A stretch of 64,000 bases of DNA from Chrysomallon squamiferum (taxonomy: Eukaryota; Animalia; Mollusca). The first letter of the stretch is position 1; each line of letters opens with the position of its first letter. This document shows positions 55,090 to 64,000 of this stretch, piece after piece. The position numbers and the translations under genes were made by a program. The notes below the pieces were generated by a model. The model saw nothing but the letters and a program-made list of their open reading frames with translations. It was not told where the DNA came from and did no database searches. The stretch is from NCBI GenBank assembly GCA_012295275.1, contig CM022677.1:13764001-13828000 (forward strand), written 5' to 3'.

Positions 55090-56170
55090 ATGAGAGCAGC
55101 CCTGCTGACATTTTGACGTTATTCTGGAATGTTGATTTATGGCAGCTCTTTGTTGTTGAAACTAACAGAACATGTCAGAGAAGCAAAACCCCTCATATTA
55201 TTATGCCAAAATGTTTAGTTCACTAACAGAGATAAAAGCATTTTTTGGCTTCAAGCAGTGATGTAAATGCTTATTCAGAAGAACAATATGAACAATAGTG
55301 GTGAGATAAGAAACATTTCTTACAAATCACACCTGGATTTGCACAGATTTTTACAAGAGATCGATTTTTTAGCAATATAGTCTATGCTACATAGTGTAAA
55401 TGAATTAAACCCAGACCTAGTAAAATCTGATAAAATATACAAATCAAGGCTCATGTTCAATTACTTGTTGGAAAAATTCAGGTTGCATTATATACCAAGA
55501 AGCAATCTGTCACTTGACAAGGGAATAATTCCAACAAAAAACTCCCTATCTATAAAATATTTTCTCTTAATTGAACAGCCTACATGAAAATATAATACAA
55601 TAAGGAATAATTATTAAGACAACTCATGAAATGACACAGCAATTATAAAAATAACAGCAATTATCAAAGATAAACTGACAACGTGGGGTATCAAAACCTT
55701 CCTAGTTTCTGACAGTGAAAATGGCTATATTTCAAATGCAGAAGTATATGCAGGTCGAAGAAAGGAGACTGAAACAGTTGAAAATCTTGGTGTGTCTGGA
55801 AACCTTGTTGTTTATATGGTTGGAACTGTTTTGTGACCAGCATTACTGTGTGTTTACAAACAGACTCTACACTAGTGAATATTTGTGTGAGTTTTTGCTG
55901 GAAAAGAGAGGAATCTGCCTAGTAGACACTGCACTTACAAATCACAAACATTTTCCAAAAAAACCCTGACCAAATTAAAATGTCAAATCAGAAGAGCACA
56001 GTTTGAACTATTGTTCAATAGAATTGTAGCAGCAATTGTTTGGTGTACAAAAAGCCCATTTATTTTGTAACTTCTGCATTTATAGCCCTCCCTCACCCAG
56101 TACATATACAAAGATATGATGTAAAGAGCACAGAAGAAAAACTCTGCCATGAACTTGTAGGCAATTATCA
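55090..56170 (+). mobile_element. Decayed piggyBac (PGBD-like) transposase fragment
   Basis: Motifs SPADILTLFWNVDLWQLFVVETNR; YIPRSNLSLDKGIIPTKNSLSIK; KDKLTTWGIKTFLVSDSENGYISNAEVYAG; VFTNRLYTS; KKPIYFVTS; CHELVGNY. It has stops, frameshifts and altered catalytic motifs, and is truncated before the third catalytic Asp (MGGVD). TIRs were not identified. Confidence 0.9.
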
Positions 56171-57610
56171 TCGTCTATTACCAGTGAAAGTGCGTCTGTA
56201 CACAGACAAACACCTCCAAGATTACAGACCTCTCAAGCTCAAAATCCTAGTGCTGCCTATAAGGACTTTCTCAAAAAGACAAAAACAGTTTTTAGGTAAC
56301 TTAGAAAATGTAAACAAGATAAATATATGAGACATCCAAATATAATTTCATGTAATAATTTGTTTAACAGTAAAAATATATTTGTATTAAAAAAGCTATG
56401 TTTGTTAATAAGAACTATATGTGAGAGAGTATGTCCTCCATGTTAAACTTCTATTTTGATTTTGTTATTATATGTCTTTAATATATTCATCTTTGAACTG
56501 TAATCTACAGTTTATAGAATAAAGTTATAGTCTTTGTACAACTGAGTCTCATCTCCTATAAAAACAAACATTATATTTGTTCTGACTTTTATTTGTAGAA
56601 TTCCCTGGTTATTAATTATTACTCCTTTTTTTTATTTATAAATAAATAAATAAATAAACAAAATTAATAAAGTAAAAAGACACAGAAAAGTAAAAAGAAC
56701 CTTAAAATCACAGTGTGATCTGTTATTTTTATAATTGCTGTGTCATTTCATGAGTTGTCTTAATAATTATTCCTTATTGTATTATATTTTCATGTAGACT
56801 GTTCAATTAAGAGAAAATATTTTGCATAGAATCTTGTGAAAGAGTGAAGAAATATTTAAAACTGAAATGAAATGGAAAGGTTTCCAATGAATAATGTATT
56901 TAAATACCTGCTGGACAGCACCAAATACTTCAACTCTACTGGAGACTCAAGCTGCTCTTTGTTCCAAAATGTCAATTTGAGTTTGTATTTATCAACAATT
57001 TCTTGAATATTTCTATCCTTAACAAGCTGATTTAACTTCTGAAAATAAACAGTATAAATCCACAGTTTAGTATATTGGTTTCTTCAATTCCTATAAATAT
57101 ATGTAATGAAAGATCTGAATGTCATTCAGTAAATACTGACATTTCCCTGTTATAAAACAGTTCAATAAATTAAAACAGCATAAATATAATTATATTAAAC
57201 TAAAAATTGAAATATAACCTTTTTTAAATATTTTGTTTTGTATTCTAATATTTAATGATGCAGTTACCATTTCAAATTATTTACTGAAAGATAATCTAAA
57301 GCTAGACAGATAACAAATATGTCTAAAATAAAGATGAATTAAAGGTAAAGTAGAGTTTTCATTCAGAAACACTTTCAACAAAATTAACATAGATCTGTTT
57401 TTGTTTATGAACTGATTTCACAAATACCTCAACATCATTCCTTAAGCCAAGTAGGTCCAATGTTTGTGAGTTAAAAACGAAACTGTTTTGATTACTCCTA
57501 GTACAAATATAAGCTAAAAAGAAATAAAACAATGCTAATGGAAGTATACTAAGTCACCTGCTGCTCAACTTCCAGGATTTTGACTTTTCAACTGTCACAC
57601 ACAGTGTGTT

Positions 57611-59200
57611 TCTTTGCCTGGTTTTAGCAAGTTCAAGTTTTTCAAGTTTTTTCTCCTGATATTTGACTGTTGAGATTGGTGACCTGGTGTAAGACTCTCC
57701 AACTTAAGATTTGTTGTAGTCTGATGTGGTCGGCTTCAATGTCCAGGTCACCAAAACTGAGCTCTTCATCAGCAGAACTTTGAACAACTCTGAGTCAGAG
57801 TCACATTGGTGGGTGCACTGCCTAGTTTGAGTAAATAAATAAATAAATTACTGTAAAAAATATAAAATAAATAAAACACTGCTATTTATTGCAAGACTAT
57901 ATGCTACTTTTATTGCCATCATTACTATGACTAAAATTTACTATTATTCTTTATTCAACTAGGGTTACTGTTATTGAAATAATACTCCTATTACTAAAAT
58001 TACTATCCATTAATAATAAAAGTGATATTGTTTACTATCTTCACTATTACTCCTATGCCTGTATTTCTTTATACTAATATTATTATAATTACTACTACAA
58101 CAACAACTATGACTACTGTTACTACTACTATCACTGCTGTTACACTACTCTTCTTGTACATTTATCATTTCTCTAAAAACAACTAATATCAGTACTGCCA
58201 CTACTAGTACTACCAGCAGTACAACCAGTTTTTAAAATCACCATGTATCTCACAAGATACATTATATTACAAAGCTATGGAGACAACATCATCAACTAAA
58301 ATATCAGCAGGAACAATTTTGCAACATTACTAAAGTGTAATTATTAAAGCTACAACTACTAATGCTTTAACAACTACATTACTACAACAATGGCAATGAC
58401 TAATACTACTACTATAACAACAACCTTTATAGATGCTCCTGTTCTGCCATATTCTTTGATGACATTTCTCTCCTGTAGCAATCTCACATAATTAGCTCTT
58501 CTTGTGTACAGAGCAGTTTCTGAAAAGGAGTTTTTATTTATTTAAGAAATCTGTCACCTGTTCAGGTTTTCACCTGTTCAGGTTTTTTTTCCAGTGGCAG
58601 CAGAACAAACTTTATCCTCAGTGCTGGACATACAAATAAAATAATTAACTGTTATAAATAAATAACTAACGGGCAATAATTTAAATAATTAACAAAACAA
58701 TAGCAAATAAATGATTATTATTATGCTATTTTACCATCAGTAAAGAGTTGTTACTATAAAACTTACACATACACACATGTATAAACTAATAAAAGAACAT
58801 ACCCTGCCACTGTTGAGAGGTTTTGAAACATTTTAATGCAGGCCTGACACATTCCTTGACACCAGACTGTTGACTCACATTATCATTAGTCTCTTGTATC
58901 CATTCTCTGGAAAATGCATTTTTGTGAGGCTGAAGTAGGGGACAGGGACCTGGGTGCATTGATCCACTCTAAATCAGGTACAGGACTGTCAATATGGTGA
59001 GACATCACTCTCATGAATGTTGCCTTCCCGAGTCTCATCTTATTCTGCTGCTTCTCAGAGCAGCAAGCTCAAATATCACCTGCTGCTCAACTTCCTGGCT
59101 GTTGTCTTTGCCACTGACATGCACAGCCATCACAGTCAACTGCCAAGTTGTTTTGTTTGGAAGCACAGCAGACAAAGTCTTTTTACCAGCATCAGCTTGT
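57611..59200 (-). pseudogene. Inverted segmental duplicate of 35010-36769 (pseudogene family copy C)
   Basis: Reverse-complement matches, e.g. 57650-57840 versus 36545-36745 nearly identical, and 58990-59200 versus 35010-35260. The paired ORFs MVRHHSHE(R/C)CLPESHL sit on opposite strands. Confidence 0.92.
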
Positions 59201-59219
59201 TTCAATTCAAGTCTGCAAG

Positions 59220-59361
59220 TTTCAGTATTATCACTATTGCTGACACAACTCATAACCCACACGCATGCACCTGCTATTACCAGGGTATCAATTATCAATA
59301 TTGATGACAGACACACACTATTATCTGAGTAGCAGTTATCACTATTGCTCAAACACTCAAA

Positions 59362-59395
<34 letters not shown>

Positions 59396-59758
59396 TATCA
59401 TTGTAGCAATTATCACTATTGTAGCAACTGATACACTTACAAACACACACACACACATATCAGAGAAGCAGTTATCACTATTGCTCATAGACTCACAAAC
59501 TGAGACACATTCACACCCATACTATTATCAGAGAAACAATCATCACTACTGCTGACACAAACACACACACACACACTATCAGAGTAGCAATTATCACTAT
59601 TGCTGATAGACACACACATTATTATCACAGGAAAAATTATCACTATTTCTGATACCACTAACAAAAAACACCCTATTATCATACTATTATCAGAGGAGCA
59701 ATTATCACTATTGCTCATACACTCAAACACACAATTGTCACTATGGCTGATATACTCA

Positions 59759-59805
<47 letters not shown>

Positions 59806-61825
59806 TTATCAGATTAGTAATTATCACTATTTCTCATACACACAAACACACTATTATCAGAGTAGCAGTTATCACTATTCCTGATACATGAAGAAACACA
59901 AACACACACACACAAAAACACACACACATTATTATCAGAGAAGCAACTTTCAGTATTGCTGACACAAATTCACACTCACACTATTATCGGAGTAGAAATT
60001 ATCACTATTGCTGATACACTCTCACACACATACAAACATACACACTATTATCGAGAAGCAATTATGAATATTGCTCAGAAACACACACACACTATTATCA
60101 GTGTAGAAATTATCACTATTGATGACACACACACACACTATATTCAGAGTAGAATCTCTATTGCTGATACACTCAGACAAACACATCCATATCTGAGTAG
60201 CAATTATCACTATTATTGATTCACACACAAACACATCCATACACATATACTATTATCAGAGTAGCAAATATCACTATTGCTCACAAACACACAATTATTG
60301 ACAGAGTAGCACTTATCACTATTGCTCCTGTATTTTATCAGAGTAGCAATTATCACTTTATTGACACACACACACATACTATTATCACACAGCACACATC
60401 CATACACATATACTATTTATCAGAGTAGCAAATATCAATCACTTGCTGACAAACACACACACACTATTATCAGACAGCAGTTATCACTTGTAGCACACAC
60501 ACTATTATCTATAGCAGTTATCACTTGCTGACACACACACACATTATTATCAGAGTAGCAGTTATCACTTGCTGACACACACACACACACACTATTATCA
60601 GAATAGCGGTTATCACTTGATGACACACACACACATACTATTATCAGAGTAGCAGTTACCACTTGCTGACACACACACACACATACTATTATCAGAGTAG
60701 CAGTTATCACTTGCTGATACACACACACATACTATTATCAGAGTAGCAGTTATCACTTGCTGACACACACACACATACTATTATCAGAGTAGCAGTTATC
60801 ACTTGCTGATACACTCACAAACACACACACACATACTATTATCAGAGTAGCAGTTATCACTTGCTGATACACTCACAAACACACTCACACAGACTATTAT
60901 CAGAGTAGCAATTATCACTATTGCTGATACACTCACAAACACACTCACACAGACTATTATCAGAGTAGCAATTATCACTATTTCTGATACACTCTCAAAC
61001 ACACTCACACATACTATTATCAGAGTAGCAGTTATCACTATTGCTGACACAGACAAACTTTTATCTGAATAAGAGTTATCACTATTGCTGGTATACACAT
61101 ACAGAGATACACAAATACACACTATTATCACAGTAGCAGCTATCACTACTGCTGATACACTCACAAACACAAACACACACATACTATTTTCAGAGTAGAA
61201 ATTAGCAGTATTGGTGATACAATCAAACACACACACACACACACACACACAAACTATTATCAGAGAAGTAATTATCACAGTTGCTGATATACTCATAAAC
61301 ACTATTATCAGTGTAGCAGTTTTGACTATTCCTGATACAAACACAAATACACACACACACACACACACACACACATTATTATCAGAGTAGCAATTATCAC
61401 TATTGCTGATACACACAAACACATATTATCAGAGTAGCAATTATCACTATTGCTGATACACACAAACACATATTATCAGAGTAGCAATTATCACTATTGC
61501 TGATGCACACACACACACACATACACTATTATCAAAGTAGCAGTTAACACACACATATACACATATCCACATACACACACAGATACTATTATCAGAATAT
61601 CATTATTGCTTGTACACTCACACTCACTCACAGCCACACACTATTGTCAGAGTAGTAGTTATCAGTATTGCTGATAGACACACACACACACACTAATTTT
61701 CACCATTGCTGACACACACAAACACACACACACTGATCAGAATAGCAGTTTTCACTATTGCTGATACACACACACACAGACACACACACACACACACACA
61801 CACAGACTATTATCAGAGCAATTAT
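59220..61825. repeat. Compound minisatellite: core CTATTATCAGAGTAGCA(A/G)TTATCAC(TA)TTGCTGA alternating with variable (CA)n, dozens of units
   Basis: Direct reading. Confidence 0.95.
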
Positions 61826-62358
61826 CTCTCAGGAATATAAATATAAGTAAAGCTAAAACTACAAAATTAATTATAAAAGGCAGAAAGACAGACTCGGATA
61901 GAGAACTTGAGAACAAAAGCAAAAAGGAAACAAGCAGTTTGTACATATGTAGATAACTTAATACATAATAATTAATACAACTACAAATATCTACATAAAA
62001 TTATTTCATAATAAAAAGTTTAGTTTAATATTCTTAGCATATGGTTTAACTAAATTGTCTATGTCTGATAGAGAAAGATTAGGATTATTTCCAATGTCCA
62101 CGTTTTTCAAAGAAAGGAGTTTTCCATGGAAACTCAAACAGCTGGTTGGTTAAACAACTGGAGTTCAGTCTTAATTCCTGTAGAGAACTTGGAATCTGGA
62201 ATATCTGAAAAAAATGAAAAACAGTATTAACTATATCTTAACTATCAGCAGAAAAAGAAAAAAAATTGAAAAAATATAATAATGAGAAATTTGTCAAATC
62301 TAGATAGTTACAGAATGAAATACATGTTTGTATGTATATATATATACATATGAAAGAG

Positions 62359-62414
<56 letters not shown>

Positions 62415-62515
62415 TATATATATATTTTACAAATCTAAATTTACCATCAACATTCAGATAAAAACTGAATACAAGATTAAGTGATCCCAGCTGGTAATAA
62501 AAAACAAATAAAAAC

Positions 62516-62563
<48 letters not shown>

Positions 62564-63192
62564 TCACAATGTGCAGAATTTACATGATCAGAAAATAATC
62601 TAATGTCAGTGATTAAAATAAGCATAGTATGCACAAAAATAATATTGAGCTAATTAATTCTGATTGGCTGATCTCTCTCTGAAGATTGGTTGGTTAATCA
62701 TTCTGTGGTTTCATTGGTTAATCTCTATCTGTAAGTCTGATTGGTTAATCAGGCTGAATTCTGATTGACTAGTTACTGACACACCCACCTGATTGCTGCA
62801 GTTATTAAGTTCTGTGAGAGAAGAGTTTTCTGTGACAGCAGTACACAAATCTTGTTACACTCATATTACACTGACTGACACATTCAGACAACAACAGACA
62901 TCCTGGCTTCTGTTAATAAAAATAAATAATATTAATGAAATAAAACTAATATTAAAATTTTATATACAGACATAGAGAAATACAGATGATGACAGACATA
63001 TATTGTTAAAGATTATAAGAACGCATACACCCACACAAAACACTATTTCACCTATACATTAACACACACAAAAACACACAGAGAGAGAGATAGATGGATT
63101 CTGTTAATGCAGATACTGTTGATGTTGTTGTTATAATAACTAATGTAATTGTTTATCATCAACTACTACTACCGCATTTCACCATTATTTAC

Positions 63193-64000
63193 CAGATAAT
63201 CCATTACTAGACAGATCCAGTTCTGTGAGTCCACTGTTTAGTGAGAGCAGTTTTATCAGATAATCCATTACTAGACAGATCCAGTTCTGTGAGTCCAGTG
63301 TTTAGTGAGAGCAGTTTTATCAGATAATCCATTACTAGACAGATCTAGTTCTGTGAGTCCAGTGTTTAGTGAGACCAGTTTTATCAGATAATCCATTACT
63401 AGACAGACCTAGTTCTGTGAGTCCAGTGTTTAGCAAGAGCAGTTTTATCAGATAATCCATTACTAGACAGATCTAGTTCTGTGAGTCCAGTGTTTAGTGA
63501 GAGCAGTTTTATCAGATAATCCATTACTAGACAGATCTAGTTCTGTGAGTCCAGTGTTTAGCGAGAGCAGTTTTATCAGATAATCCATTACTAGACAGAT
63601 CTAGTTCTGTGAGTCCAGTGTTTAGCGAGAGCAGTTTTATCAGATAATCCATTACTAGACAGATCTAGTTCGGTGAGTCCAGTGTTTAGCGAGAGCAGTT
63701 TTATCAGATAATCCATTACTAGACAGATCTAGTTCTGTGAGTCCAGTGTTTAGTGAGAGCAGTTTTATCAGATAATCCATTACTAGACAGACCTAGTTCT
63801 GTGAGTCCAGTGTTTAGCAAGAGCAGTTTTATCAGATAATCCATTACTAGACAGACCTAGTTCTGTGAATCCACTGTTTAGTGAGAGCAGTTTTATCTGA
63901 TAATCTATTACTAGACAGACCTAGTTCTGTGAGTCCAGTGTTTAGCAAGAGCAGTTTTATCTGATAATCCATTACTAGACAGATCTAGTTCTGCGAGTCC
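63193..64000. repeat. 64-bp tandem satellite (CAGATAATCCATTACTAGACAGATCTAGTTCTGTGAGTCCAGTGTTTAGTGAGAGCAGTTTTAT), >12 copies, running off the window
   Basis: Units start at 63193, 63257, 63321 and so on; highly homogeneous. Confidence 0.98.

Noticed and set aside
59220-61825. CRISPR-like repeat-spacer pattern and many Cys/Val- or His/Thr-rich ORFs
   Set aside because: Spacers are (CA)n, and the ORFs are translations of the minisatellite.

Overview
AT-rich, microsatellite-dense animal DNA. Mollusc-like is my inference from the gene remnants and repeat motifs. It has GT-AG spliceosomal exon remnants and one 200-N scaffold gap. I find no intact multi-exon gene, no RNA genes and no CRISPR array. 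Most of the window is a rearranged graveyard of paralogous pseudogene blocks. At least four copies of one family are present (~6.3-10 kb minus, ~11.2-21 kb plus, ~34.8-48.4 kb plus, ~57.6-59.2 kb minus). Their decayed exons read, by eye, like an STK31/TDRD8-type RRM-Tudor-coiled-coil-kinase gene. Unrelated EGF-repeat and ankyrin-like exons are interleaved in two of the copies. Also present: an open CBM-like beta-sandwich reading frame at the left edge, an intronless prolyl 4-hydroxylase alpha pseudogene with an inverted partial twin, a TA-flanked Tc1/mariner (Tc2/pogo-like) MITE, a decayed piggyBac transposase with a locally templated inverted insertion, a 1.6-kb tandem triplication, a 100-bp-arm palindrome and several minisatellites. 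All protein family calls come from manual translation and remembered motifs, not database searches. I cannot support a claim of a new functional biological system. The best lead is the expanded, exon-shuffled STK31-like family.
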